This document shows, piece by piece, positions 1 through 10,130 of a DNA stretch of 64,000 nt (its first letter is position 1; the number at the start of each line of letters is the position of its first letter). Source of the DNA: Candidatus Algichlamydia australiensis (GTDB lineage: Bacteria > Chlamydiota > Chlamydiia > Chlamydiales > JAJFMI01); the NCBI GenBank assembly GCA_033977065.1, contig JAXCHI010000003.1, positions 352,001 through 416,000 of the forward strand, read 5' to 3'. Made by a program: the position numbers and the translations under genes. The notes under the pieces were generated by a model. That model was not told the DNA's origin. It made no database searches and saw only the letters and a list, made by a program, of their open reading frames with translations.

Positions 1-99
1 AATAACTAAACGGGTTTTCCAATTAAACTCTAAGTGGTCATATACAGATGTTCACCACCAATAAAAGCTAGTCTAGAGCCATCACTACTAGCAAATCTT

Positions 100-660
100 A
101 AATTTTCGCATGTTTTTTAGAAATTCTTTCTCTAGATTTCCATACCTATTATTAAATCTGAATTCACATTCTTTAAGGTGTACAAAAGACATATGATCTG
201 ATAATCCGTTGAATTTTGTAAGCCTTCATTTTGCAAAACTCCAAAACGATTCTATTCCGTTTGCATGAGACTTTCCTCTAGCAAATTCATTCTTAGAATG
301 GTAAACCCGATAATGCTCATAGCTATTTAATATCAGGCCATCATGTGCTCTCCATCCGTCAGTGTAAATGTTAACCCTTCGAGGATTTTCCCTTGGATAA
401 TTGGTAAAAGTTCCTCCTTAAGCAATCCAAAAACAGGTGGCTTTCTAGCAGCTCCTCTACCTCTTTTTCCTCTGACATGCCTTGTACCAAAGTAGCTTTC
501 GTCTAACTCAAAAACTCCTAACTCTTTGTCTACAAAAGGATAGTGAGCTTTTGAAAATAGCCTCTCTAAATAAGTTGTAATATCAGTTAATAGTATTCTG
601 ATTAATCTTCAAAATTTGAGCTGCAACACTTGCATTTATATCGCTACAAAAAAGAGCCAA
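100..660 (-). pseudogene. Degraded IS1595-family (ISXO2-like) transposase
   Basis: Minus-strand translation gives ELDESYFGTRHVRGKRGRGAARKPPVFGLLK, TDGWRAHDGL, HSKNEFARGKSHANGIESFWSFAK and LKECEFRFNNR, which are IS1595 DDE motifs. The reading is broken by stops and frameshifts; boundaries are approximate. Confidence 0.85.
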
Positions 661-665
661 AAGTT

Positions 666-1184
666 TTATTCGGAAAGATTCTCTAAGCGCGAAGTTACTT
701 CATTTTTTATTTCTTCAAAAAGTTCGTCTTTCTCATCAGCGATGATTTCTAAAGTTTTATTATAAAAATTTCTAGCTTCTTGAAGGGAACCAACATCTTC
801 GTGTAGGAACCCTATTAAGAGGCTGTCTGAAATAATAAGAACTTTTGTTATCATGAAAAAAGTATTCACGACTCTAAGAGCTAATTGGCAGGGGTCTTTC
901 GAAAGCCTAGAAAACATTTCTGCCTCTTTTTTTAAAGAGGTTTCTGCTATACCGACTGATTTCGTTAAAATTTCAACCGCTTCTTCACTCCTTTCTTCAT
1001 GAAATAACTCCACACCTCTTGCATAAAGGACCTTACTCTCTTCCACTAATTTTTTAATCTCTTCCAACTTCTCATCATAGTTTGATGAAGTAGACTCATA
1101 CCATCCCGAACTGTCAAGTGGCATGGAGTAGCATGGTACTGCAACAATAAAAGCCGCAGCCAAAATGGTTGTAAATTTTTTCAT
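666..1184 (-). CDS. Hypothetical secreted, helical (TPR-like) protein, 172 aa
   Basis: ORF with an N-terminal signal peptide (MKKFTTILAAAFIVAVPCYS) and a GGAGG RBS upstream. Confidence 0.7.
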   Translation of the reverse strand: MKKFTTILAAAFIVAVPCYSMPLDSSGWYESTSSNYDEKLEEIKKLVEESKVLYARGVELFHEERSEEAVEILTKSVGIAETSLKKEAEMFSRLSKDPCQLALRVVNTFFMITKVLIISDSLLIGFLHEDVGSLQEARNFYNKTLEIIADEKDELFEEIKNEVTSRLENLSE

Positions 1185-1198
1185 ATTACCCTCCTAAA

Positions 1199-1360
1199 GG
1201 AAATTCCGAATAAGTGCTCTTTTTGAAAAGGCATCAAAAATTGAGGCAAAGTTGGCTTTGGAGAACAGAGCTAACTCCATTATGAGTTAGCGAGTTCGAA
1301 AAACCAATTTAAGCCAACTTTTTACGCCTCTTCGGAAAGTCTGATTTGTTCAATATCTCC
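1199..1360. mobile_element. ~162-bp imperfect palindromic insertion element
   Basis: Central hairpin GCTAACTC-cattat-GAGTTAGC with bulged arms. Flanked by a TAAA duplication (CTCCTAAA occurs at 1191 and 1357). Confidence 0.6.
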
Positions 1361-2646
1361 TAAAAGGCATAAATTAACTCGATTTCATACTGCTTGTAGC
1401 GCATGAAAGGACCTCTGCCCTTGTCGAGAGTGATCGATTGACTCCAACTTTGGAACATTGTTAAGTTATTTGTCCAAAGATAGAGAAACTGCATCGTAAA
1501 GCCGCGGTAGTTGGTGTTCCCTACAGCATTACTAAAGTCCAAATCGCGCGGTCGTATATTGATCCCATCGCCAATTCCAAAGAGATCTACACCTGCTGCG
1601 TTGCCTAAAGAGATACCTGAGGCATCGAAGCTAGGGTAAGCGAGTGTTTGCACCCATTGGTAGTTCGTATCAAAAGACCAATCGCCCTTTTTCCGCGCTT
1701 CGCCAAGAGAAAAACCAGCATACCAAGCATTATTTTTCTTCTTGCCGTCCGTAAGTCCTTCAATGGGATCTGCTGCATGGTTCACAAGAAAAGCACCATA
1801 AAAAGTCATCGATTTATCCCAGCGTGTTTTAAACTTATATCCTGCAGTAAGCTGTGAAACAAAATAGTTAAAGCGATTGCTAAACACCTCAACTTGATTA
1901 TCTTTCTGCTCTTCTGTTCCATTAAAATCGTTTCTTTCAAATGTTTTGGTATCCCAATCGATAAGGGAGTACTTCAAGTAAAGACCAGTATTCCAAGCGC
2001 CAAGAAGACCCGTTTCAAAAACCCACGCATATTGGGCGCGATTCTCGTTTACAACAAAAGGACCACCTGTCACATAATAGTTCCCAAATTGGTCAAATGC
2101 ACGGCTATAGTTGAGTACAATTCCATCCATGAAAGAACCAAATTGTAAGCGTGAGTCAAAAGTATAGCTAAGGCGACGACGTCCAAACATCAAGTCTGTC
2201 GTATACGTATCTTCATCAAAAAGGCGTGCGCCTAAAAAAGCGCGTTCAACGGTAAGTTTGTCAAATGTTCCCGATCCTCCACCAAACCTTGTTGTACCTG
2301 CATTGTTATCAAATTCTAGTTTAATCGTAGCCCAAGTGCGGTCGGCGCGATAATCAATCATAATATTGACTTCTACATCCCAGGCAATAAAAGGCTTGTC
2401 AGTAGCACCTCCACTGCCGCGCTGCCGGTCGCCATCCTTGACTTCTCCGGTTGCCTGCATTTCGGTACGCACTTCTCCAGCAATCGAGAGGCGCCCACCA
2501 AGCTCTTTAATCGTAACTTTTCTTTGCGTGTCGATGTAATCACGCAGGACATTGTAGTCAACTTGGTCATTGACATCTCCCGGACCTTCTACAGAAAATA
2601 GTGCAGTAAGTGGGAGCAAAAAGAGTAAATATTTATAAGCTTTCAT
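1360..2646 (-). CDS. Chlamydial outer-membrane beta-barrel protein (CT623/CHLPN-76kDa-homologue-like)
   Basis: Signal peptide and C-terminal AF. Motifs IDYRADRTW, RAFLG, GGPFVVN, YAWV, KGDWS and TNYRGF match my recollection of the CT623 family. Confidence 0.8.
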   Translation of the reverse strand: MKAYKYLLFLLPLTALFSVEGPGDVNDQVDYNVLRDYIDTQRKVTIKELGGRLSIAGEVRTEMQATGEVKDGDRQRGSGGATDKPFIAWDVEVNIMIDYRADRTWATIKLEFDNNAGTTRFGGGSGTFDKLTVERAFLGARLFDEDTYTTDLMFGRRRLSYTFDSRLQFGSFMDGIVLNYSRAFDQFGNYYVTGGPFVVNENRAQYAWVFETGLLGAWNTGLYLKYSLIDWDTKTFERNDFNGTEEQKDNQVEVFSNRFNYFVSQLTAGYKFKTRWDKSMTFYGAFLVNHAADPIEGLTDGKKKNNAWYAGFSLGEARKKGDWSFDTNYQWVQTLAYPSFDASGISLGNAAGVDLFGIGDGINIRPRDLDFSNAVGNTNYRGFTMQFLYLWTNNLTMFQSWSQSITLDKGRGPFMRYKQYEIELIYAF

Positions 2647-2720
2647 TTATTAACTTGCATAGACTTTATCTAGATATCATAAAGGTCGCGAAAATAATTT
2701 GCAAGATAACTGTTGAACCC

Positions 2721-2891
2721 CTCAATACTGGACAAAAATTTTGCCAAGGGGAGCAAAGCGAACCAAAATCAAATCGAAGCGGCAGTGATTCGAGCGACGA
2801 ATCCATAGCCCATGGCGCTATGGATAAGGAGAAGAATCGATTTGATGAAGGTGCAGCTCTCCCATTAGTGAAATTTTTGTCCAGTACTGAG
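2721..2891. mobile_element. 171-bp palindromic MITE with 21-bp TIRs and 9-bp target duplication
   Basis: TIRs CTCAATACTGGACAAAAATTT / AAATTTTTGTCCAGTACTGAG match at 20/21. GTTGAACCC is directly repeated at 2712-2720 and 2892-2900. Central hairpin ATCCATAGC...GCTATGGAT. Confidence 0.85.
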
Positions 2892-2914
2892 GTTGAACCC
2901 ATCCGAATGGGGTT

Positions 2915-3685
2915 TTAGAACTTTAAAGTACCGGCAAGAGAAATTGCTTCTTCATCAAGAAGCCGCACTTCAACGTTCAACGAGAAGAGACGTTGTGTAG
3001 TGAGAGTTGTGCCAAGAGCAAAACCAAAAGGGTAACGGCTCTTTGCATCAAAGTTTGTTGCGGGTAAAAGCCCAGGAGGAACGGAGGAAAACTCCGCTTT
3101 TGCATTGGAATACTTTGCTGCAATGTAAGGAATAAAAAGTTCTATTTGATAGGAGAGCCCGAGCCCTATCTGCCACTCAGAGTAGTGGATATCGGCACCT
3201 GAGAGATCTCCAAAAGCAAATCCATTCACCCCAATCCAGTCAAGATCAGGAGTTCCGTGCTGGTATTTTGCATCAAGACCAATCGCTAATTGGTTGGTTT
3301 GGTAGATAAGAATTGTTCCCCCTACTCCCCAAGTGAAGCGATAGCCTGTCTCGTACTCATTTTTAAACCCTTCCATGGGGCGCTGCATTGCCTCAATGCG
3401 AATGGTTCCAAGGGAGCCATACACTTCTACGCGATCGAAAAAGTCGAGTGCAAAAACGCCTTGCTGAAAACTTGTTTTGAATCTTTCAAAATCCCCAGAA
3501 AATTGACTTGTCACCTTCATGCGGCGATCAAAGCAGTAGTCTCCTCGGTACCCTAAAGAGGCTGTTACACTCCCCTCTTTTGTAAGCAGAAACCCCTCTT
3601 CCATAATTCCGGGAGAGGAAGGATTGCCGTTATAGAGAGCAGGCAGCTGAGCCAAAAAAAGTAGAAAAGGAAGGATTTTGCGCAT
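2915..3685 (-). CDS. MOMP (OmpA/PorB)-like chlamydial porin
   Basis: Signal peptide followed by GNPSSP, GYRGDYCFDRR and YSEWQIGLGLSY, which resemble chlamydial MOMP motifs. Terminal Phe. Confidence 0.8.
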   Translation of the reverse strand: MRKILPFLLFLAQLPALYNGNPSSPGIMEEGFLLTKEGSVTASLGYRGDYCFDRRMKVTSQFSGDFERFKTSFQQGVFALDFFDRVEVYGSLGTIRIEAMQRPMEGFKNEYETGYRFTWGVGGTILIYQTNQLAIGLDAKYQHGTPDLDWIGVNGFAFGDLSGADIHYSEWQIGLGLSYQIELFIPYIAAKYSNAKAEFSSVPPGLLPATNFDAKSRYPFGFALGTTLTTQRLFSLNVEVRLLDEEAISLAGTLKF

Positions 3686-3738
3686 TTAGATTTTTAGGGA
3701 AGGCCGAATCATTCAGCTTCCCCTCAGCATAAGCCTTC

Positions 3739-4839
3739 TTAAAATAAATCGCCATCCATTGCGGAGTAAATATTTTTTACTCCCGCGTCTTTCATCTCTT
3801 GCAACAATTGCAAGCGTGAATATTTTTCTGGAACATTCCCATTTTGCTGGTGAATTAAAACGATCTGCTTCACTCCCGACTCTTTTTGGACGCGCGCTAA
3901 ATCTTCAGGAAACATGTGGTAAGAGCGTATTTTAAAAATTTTCTCCTCTTCATCTCCATTTCCCCAAGGAAGATATTTTATATTTTTAAATGTGCACCCT
4001 TCTATCACAAGAATATCTGCATCGCGCGCTGCTTCAACAAGCCCTTTAGAGTAGTGGCCATCTCCCCCAAATGCAATTACACGATTGTCAGGCTTCGTCG
4101 TAAACCGGTAAGCATAAGTATACTCCAAAGCGCCATGCGCACGTAATGTTCGGATTGCCTCCACTTTTACATTCTTATCTTCAAAAACAGGCCCAGGGAA
4201 TTCCACAGCTGGATCGATATCAACTCCTACCCCAATAGATCCTCCTGGATCAGCGCGAATCGCACCCTGAAACATCTCGTTTCGATCTACCTTCCACGCG
4301 CGGTTGATGTTGGCAACCATCTCGCCTATTCCCTTTGGACCAAAGATTTTTTTATCTACACTAGGACCATACTTATACGTGTTTAAAATGAAAGCAGGAA
4401 GACCCTCTGTGTGATCAATGTGAAGGTGTGTAATGAACATATACTCCAAATTTTGCAAAGTAAAGACTTCGTTCAAATCAATTCCCGACTGCGAAATTGC
4501 CGCTTTTGAAAGACCACGCCACCACGCTTCACCACAATCGACAAAATAGGGAAACCCGTTCACAATCAAAGCACTCGATGGACCATAACGGTAGGGATTT
4601 GGGGCTGGCATCCCCGTTCCTAAAGTGATCAGCTTCGAAGATTTATCCGAAGGAGAGCGATCGATCGGTCCGCGATTATAAAAAATGGGCCAACACTCTG
4701 GTGGATTCAACAACCCGATTTTTTTTTGCGGATAGAAAGGGTCGTTTAAAAAATTTCTTTTTGTCGTTGCGCTACCATCTGGTATAGGTTGTGACGATAG
4801 AAAACCCGTAACTAATAAAAACAAAGTTAAGTACTTCAT
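3739..4839 (-). CDS. Exported MBL-fold metallo-hydrolase (RNase Z/AtsA-like)
   Basis: LGTG, DCGE, THLHIDH (HxHxDH), GD, ADILVIE and LIH motifs; signal peptide. Confidence 0.8.
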   Translation of the reverse strand: MKYLTLFLLVTGFLSSQPIPDGSATTKRNFLNDPFYPQKKIGLLNPPECWPIFYNRGPIDRSPSDKSSKLITLGTGMPAPNPYRYGPSSALIVNGFPYFVDCGEAWWRGLSKAAISQSGIDLNEVFTLQNLEYMFITHLHIDHTEGLPAFILNTYKYGPSVDKKIFGPKGIGEMVANINRAWKVDRNEMFQGAIRADPGGSIGVGVDIDPAVEFPGPVFEDKNVKVEAIRTLRAHGALEYTYAYRFTTKPDNRVIAFGGDGHYSKGLVEAARDADILVIEGCTFKNIKYLPWGNGDEEEKIFKIRSYHMFPEDLARVQKESGVKQIVLIHQQNGNVPEKYSRLQLLQEMKDAGVKNIYSAMDGDLF

Positions 4840-4899
4840 AATTACCTTTTTTTATTTTACAAACTGCATTAATTTGATTTATTTATCAAAAATAAGTTT

Positions 4900-7377
4900 T
4901 TAAACTTTATATGAAAACCACTCCGGCAAAATGGGTCCGCGACGAATCGAGTCGATAAGGAATCCCCAAGAACGCGTGCTCGTTTCGGAGAGATATTTTT
5001 TCCAAGAACTCATGGGATAGCCAAACAGACCGGAACGATCAACGCGCCAAAGTTCAAGCTCTTCTGTTCCAGGGTTGTAGATAAATCCTAAATAGTAGTA
5101 GGACCAATTGCTATCCGCAAAAAGAATCGCTGTAGGGGGGCCTTCAATTTTTGCGAGTTTTTTTGAAAATAGCTCGCCTCCCTCTTGCTGCTCTTGAAGA
5201 GAACGATAGAAGGGCTTGCCATCTTTAAAAGGAAGGCAGCGACGTATCACGCTATCGAGAGGATCAAAAATTTGTGTCCCAAACATTTTCCCAATCTCTC
5301 TTCTAAAGCCAGGTATTGTGCGTTTGACTTTTGTTAAACTTTTAGGAGGGAGATTAGGCACCTCTTCCTGAACAAGGAGATCGAGGAGAATTTGTTGCTC
5401 TTCCCATTTGAGATCACAAGCATAGAAAGATTTCGCTTTTCCCACAATCTCATCACGCACCCACGTGTAAGTAAAGCGTTCAGATAGCCACCCTTTTTGG
5501 AAAGGCTTGAGTCCGGGTCGCAGAGTAAAAGCGTGTGTGGGAGAAAAAGCAAGAAGACCAAGCTTAGGGTCGTGAGCAAATTTTTCAAGCGTTTTCCACG
5601 AGAGGCCTTTCAACGTATCGAGGTAAAAAATGAGCAAGTCTGTGGGGTTCTGAATAGGCCGCGACTCTTCTCTGGGTTTGCTCTCTAGACCAAAGTAACA
5701 TTGGATCAAGTTTTGCATCGTACCACCTGAGATATAGCTCCAAGGTGTGAGCGAATGGCCTTTTTCTCCCACACCACCTGCTCGCACCTTTTTATGCAAA
5801 CCTTCAACACGCTTCATCGCCCCGTGTAAAAATTTTTCAGAGTGCAATTCTGCTGTAATACGCCCTGTTAGTTCTGTAATAAAGTTTTGGCTTTTTTCTC
5901 CTTCAAATTCCCCGCGCATTTCAGACTCCACGCGCAAGAAAAAATCGCGCAAACTGCTTTTGTACTCCTCTGCGTCATGAATAAATGTCCACGTATTCGG
6001 ATCCGCTCTGCCGTGTTTATAAACAAGGCGAAAGCCTGCGGGACTATCTTCAAATTGGTGGCTGCGAAACTCTCCCATCTCAGGATCATAAACTTCTTGG
6101 AACTCCTCCTCCAACCTACCGGAGTAATTGTCGATTAAGACGGGAAAAAGTTTGGAGAGGTGCTCAGCTTCGCGTTGATGGCGATCGCGCATCTCTTGCA
6201 AGCTGTAAAACTCTCCCATATAAGAAGAAAGCTGGGCTTTACGCTGTTGCATGCGCTGCATAGAGTCTGCCTGTTTGAGCATCGACTCCCCCATCCGAAC
6301 GCGATCATAGGCACGCTCATAATCTCCCTGAATCTCGTGCAACTTTTTATTTGACTCTTCCAGTTTCGATTCAATCTCTGAAACCATTAATTCCCCAAGG
6401 CCTCCCTTCTCCTTCGGGTCAAAACCGCAAGAGGCAGAGAGATTCCATTTGTGAAATCCAATTTTATAATCAGCAAAAGAGGCAATGGTATACTCCCAAG
6501 CTTTCAAGAAAGCGTGGTGTGTAAAGGAACGAAACGCTGAGAGAACTGCGCGGCGTTTCGCAGAAAAATCGGCCGCTTTTGGATTTAGCATGTTTTTTAG
6601 CATGAGCTCAATCAATTCAAGCGCTGTTTTCGCGCGATAGTACGCATCATAAAAAGGTAGTTTTTCAATACCAATCCGAGAAAAGGCAGCGCGCAAAGCA
6701 GGAGAATCAAAAGTAGCTAAGTCGACACGAATGGGTCGCAAAAGATCGCCCAAACCAACACTTGGCGAAATAGGAACACTACTCTCTTGTCCCCCCATCA
6801 CACGAATCAATTTTTGTGTACCCGCAAGCTCAATCATATCAATCAGAAGCTGTAGCGGCTGCTCTTTTTGAATCAAAATAGCGGGAGCTGTGGCAAAACA
6901 GGAGCCAATGCTCTGACGCAAGGGAGTCAGAAGAGCAGAGACAATTGTCAAAATAAGTTGACGCTTTGAGGGATACTTCTCTTCAAAAATTTGCAATGAT
7001 TCTCGAATGAGATCAGCTACGTAAGAGCCTTGAAAAGAGACCATTTTAAGCTGTTTTCTCCCCTCCCCCTCTAGAAACTTTAATATAGAGAGAAAGTGCT
7101 CCTGCGCCTCCCCATCAATGTGCTGATCGAGGTAAGGACCGTAAAGATTTTCTTCTAAAGACCGGCGGAGTGCGGCGATCCGCTTTTTTTCAATTTCTCC
7201 CCCCTCCCCAACTAAGTAGCCGGCTATCCGCCTTGCACGACGATGCGCCCGAAAGATATGAGGATCGGCCATTTTGGAGTGGCTCACCAACTCCGAAAGC
7301 CGCCACTCCCCTTTCAAGTCGACAATTTCCCAATAAAGCGGGAGCGTCGCCGCTTCAATTTTTTTCATTACATCCAT
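4900..7377 (-). CDS. Conserved chlamydial hypothetical protein (CT590-like), 825 aa
   Basis: Long ORF with LRQSIGSCFATAPAILIQ and PWSYISGGTM motifs, recalled from a Chlamydiae-conserved family. Confidence 0.7.
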   Translation of the reverse strand: MDVMKKIEAATLPLYWEIVDLKGEWRLSELVSHSKMADPHIFRAHRRARRIAGYLVGEGGEIEKKRIAALRRSLEENLYGPYLDQHIDGEAQEHFLSILKFLEGEGRKQLKMVSFQGSYVADLIRESLQIFEEKYPSKRQLILTIVSALLTPLRQSIGSCFATAPAILIQKEQPLQLLIDMIELAGTQKLIRVMGGQESSVPISPSVGLGDLLRPIRVDLATFDSPALRAAFSRIGIEKLPFYDAYYRAKTALELIELMLKNMLNPKAADFSAKRRAVLSAFRSFTHHAFLKAWEYTIASFADYKIGFHKWNLSASCGFDPKEKGGLGELMVSEIESKLEESNKKLHEIQGDYERAYDRVRMGESMLKQADSMQRMQQRKAQLSSYMGEFYSLQEMRDRHQREAEHLSKLFPVLIDNYSGRLEEEFQEVYDPEMGEFRSHQFEDSPAGFRLVYKHGRADPNTWTFIHDAEEYKSSLRDFFLRVESEMRGEFEGEKSQNFITELTGRITAELHSEKFLHGAMKRVEGLHKKVRAGGVGEKGHSLTPWSYISGGTMQNLIQCYFGLESKPREESRPIQNPTDLLIFYLDTLKGLSWKTLEKFAHDPKLGLLAFSPTHAFTLRPGLKPFQKGWLSERFTYTWVRDEIVGKAKSFYACDLKWEEQQILLDLLVQEEVPNLPPKSLTKVKRTIPGFRREIGKMFGTQIFDPLDSVIRRCLPFKDGKPFYRSLQEQQEGGELFSKKLAKIEGPPTAILFADSNWSYYYLGFIYNPGTEELELWRVDRSGLFGYPMSSWKKYLSETSTRSWGFLIDSIRRGPILPEWFSYKV

Positions 7378-7446
7378 CTAGCCCCCGTAATACTACAAAA
7401 TTATCAAGAATAAGAGTATAATTCACAGAAAAGGAAGAATAACCCA

Positions 7447-9369
7447 ATGTTTATCCAACACAAAGACGCTAAAATTGAACTCCCCGATGAGAGCTCCGGT
7501 CGAGACCTAGCTGAAAAATTGAACCTTCGTGAACCTCACCAAGCTCTAGCTGCAGTTGTCAACGGAACCACAAAAGATCTTGACTCTCCCCTCTCTAATG
7601 GAGATGAAGTCTGCTTTCTAGATTTTTGCGACAAAGCAGGTAAAGAAGTTTTTTGGCACACCTCTGCTCACGTCTTGGCACAAGCAGTCCTACGCCTCTA
7701 TCCCAAAGCAATACCAACCATTGGTCCCCCGATTGCCAATGGTTTTTACTACGACTTTGCCAACCTTGTCATCTCTGACGAAGACTTTGCCAAAATCGAA
7801 GCAGAAGTGCAGAAGATTATAAAAGAAAATCTTCGACCACAAAGAGAAGTTTTGAAGAGCAAAGAAGAAGCGCTATCTGAAAATAAAGATAACGCTTACA
7901 AGTGTGAATTGATTAAAGAATTCCCTGAGGATGGAGAGATTTCGCAATACCGCCAAGGGGAATTTGTCGACCTCTGTCGTGGTCCCCATCTTCCTTCGCT
8001 CGGAAAAATCAAAGCATTCAAAATCATGAAAACCTCTGGTGCCTATTGGCGCGGTAGCTCCGATCGCGAGATGCTTACTCGTATTTACGCTATCTCCTTT
8101 CCTAGCCGCAAAGAGCTGAAAGATTATCTCTTCATGCTAGAGGAAGCGAAAAAGCGCGATCACAAAATGCTAGGAACCAAGCTTGGTCTCTTCTCTCTAA
8201 ATGAAGTAGCAGCAGGAATGCCCTTTATTCATCCAAGTGGAATGCGGGTTTGGGACGCGCTTTTGAAATTCTGGCAAGATTTACACACAAAAGCAGGCTA
8301 CCAGATGATCAAAACCCCGCAAATGATGAGCAAAGAGCTTTGGGAGCTTTCCGGTCACTGGGAACACTATCATGAGAACATGTACCTCTCAGAAATCGAA
8401 GGACGTGAGTTTGCTATCAAACCGATGAATTGTCCTGGCTGTATGCTTTATTATAAAACAGAGACGCATAGTTATCGCGAACTCCCTTTGCGAGTTGGTG
8501 AAATCGGACACGTGCATCGCAATGAGTTTTCTGGAGCGATCAACGGGCTTTTCCGCGTTCGCGCCTTCCACCAAGATGATGCTCATATTTTCATGCGTCC
8601 CGATATGATCCAAAATGAAATTTTAGAAGTGATCCGCCTTGCCGATCAGATTTACAGCGCGTTTGGATTAAAATACCGGTTAGAACTCTCTACAAGACCA
8701 GAGAGCAGTATCGGTACAGATGCAGAGTGGGAAAGCGCAACAAAAGGTTTACAAGGCGCGCTTGATGAGTGGGGAGCTGCCTATCAAATCAACGAAGGTG
8801 ACGGCGCCTTTTACGGTCCAAAAATTGACTTTCACATTGAAGACGCTCTTGGACGCTCTTGGCAGTGTGGTACCATTCAACTCGACATGAGCTTGCCAGA
8901 AAAATTTGAACTTGAATATATGGATTCTGATGGCGAACATAAGCGTCCTGTGATGATCCACAGAGCTCTTTACGGCTCTATCGAACGCTTCTTTGGGATT
9001 TTAATCGAACACTATGGTGGAAGGTTTCCTCTTTGGTTGAGCCCAAGACAGGTGCGCCTCATTACCGTAGCTGATCGCCATGCAGAATACGCATGTAAAG
9101 CCGCTTTACATTTGCGCAAAAAAGGATTTCATGTCGAAGTAGACTCCACAAGTGAGTCTGTAAATAAAAAGGTGCGCAACGCACAACTCATGCAAGTAAA
9201 TTATATGCTCACCGTTGGAGACCAAGAAGAGGAGAACGGCACCGTGAATGTCCGCACGCGCACAGGAGCGAGACTTGAGCCCATGAGCGTAGAAACCTTT
9301 GCAGAAGAAATCGAAAAAGAGTTCAATGAGCGTATGCAAGAGAGTATTTTTTCAGGAGCAGCCGTGTGA
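7447..9369 (+). CDS. thrS: Threonyl-tRNA synthetase
   Basis: TGS domain, HTSAHVLAQAV, DLCRGPH, KPMNCP, QCGTIQLD and HRALYGSIERF motifs. Confidence 0.98.
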   Translation: MFIQHKDAKIELPDESSGRDLAEKLNLREPHQALAAVVNGTTKDLDSPLSNGDEVCFLDFCDKAGKEVFWHTSAHVLAQAVLRLYPKAIPTIGPPIANGFYYDFANLVISDEDFAKIEAEVQKIIKENLRPQREVLKSKEEALSENKDNAYKCELIKEFPEDGEISQYRQGEFVDLCRGPHLPSLGKIKAFKIMKTSGAYWRGSSDREMLTRIYAISFPSRKELKDYLFMLEEAKKRDHKMLGTKLGLFSLNEVAAGMPFIHPSGMRVWDALLKFWQDLHTKAGYQMIKTPQMMSKELWELSGHWEHYHENMYLSEIEGREFAIKPMNCPGCMLYYKTETHSYRELPLRVGEIGHVHRNEFSGAINGLFRVRAFHQDDAHIFMRPDMIQNEILEVIRLADQIYSAFGLKYRLELSTRPESSIGTDAEWESATKGLQGALDEWGAAYQINEGDGAFYGPKIDFHIEDALGRSWQCGTIQLDMSLPEKFELEYMDSDGEHKRPVMIHRALYGSIERFFGILIEHYGGRFPLWLSPRQVRLITVADRHAEYACKAALHLRKKGFHVEVDSTSESVNKKVRNAQLMQVNYMLTVGDQEEENGTVNVRTRTGARLEPMSVETFAEEIEKEFNERMQESIFSGAAV

Positions 9370-10118
9370 AGACGATCACAATTAGCAGCTTTAAAGGCGG
9401 AACAGCTAAAACATCAAATAGTTTACACCTCGCCTCTGCGCTTGTAAAATTTCATAGAAAAAAAGTTCTTTTAATCGACTTCGATTCACAAGCAAATCTC
9501 ACTGCAGGTCTCGGTTTTAACCCCGATCAACACGACAGCCTGGCACCTGTTTTACAAGGTGAGAAAAAGCTCGCATCTGTCATCCAAAAAACCTCCATAA
9601 AAAACCTGGATCTCATCCCAGCAGACAGCTTCTTAGAACGAATTGAGGTAACCGGTAGCTTAGCTGGAGATCGCTACTCACATGAGCGTCTAAAGAAGAT
9701 TTTGCAAGATGCTAAATACGATTACGTCATCATCGACACTCCCCCATCGCTCTGTTGGTTAACAGAGTCTGCCATGATCGCAGCAGATGAATGTGTTCTT
9801 GCCGCAACCCCTGAATTTTACAGTGTAAAAGGATTAGAGAGATTAAAGCTCTTTATGGAGCAAATCAACAAAAGACATCCGTTCACAGTTTCAGGAATCG
9901 TTCTCTCTTTTTGGAATGAACGTGGCAAGAGCAACAAAGCCTTTCTCGAGCTTATTGAGACCATTTTTCCAGGAAAAGTTTTCAAAACAAACATACGACG
10001 CGATATAAGCGTTTCTGATGCATCAATTCAAGGTAAGCCTATCTTTGATACCGCTCCTGACTCACGAGCCGCTTCTGACTATAGAAAATTAACCAAAGAG
10101 CTGTTAAAACGAATCTAA
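9366..10118 (+). CDS. parA: ParA/Soj family ATPase (chromosomal pGP5-D-like)
   Basis: Deviant Walker A KGGTAKT, IDFDSQANLT and IIDTPPSL; sits between thrS and a pGP6-like gene as in chlamydiae. Confidence 0.92.
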   Translation: MKTITISSFKGGTAKTSNSLHLASALVKFHRKKVLLIDFDSQANLTAGLGFNPDQHDSLAPVLQGEKKLASVIQKTSIKNLDLIPADSFLERIEVTGSLAGDRYSHERLKKILQDAKYDYVIIDTPPSLCWLTESAMIAADECVLAATPEFYSVKGLERLKLFMEQINKRHPFTVSGIVLSFWNERGKSNKAFLELIETIFPGKVFKTNIRRDISVSDASIQGKPIFDTAPDSRAASDYRKLTKELLKRI

Positions 10119-10130
10119 ATTAGGTTCATT

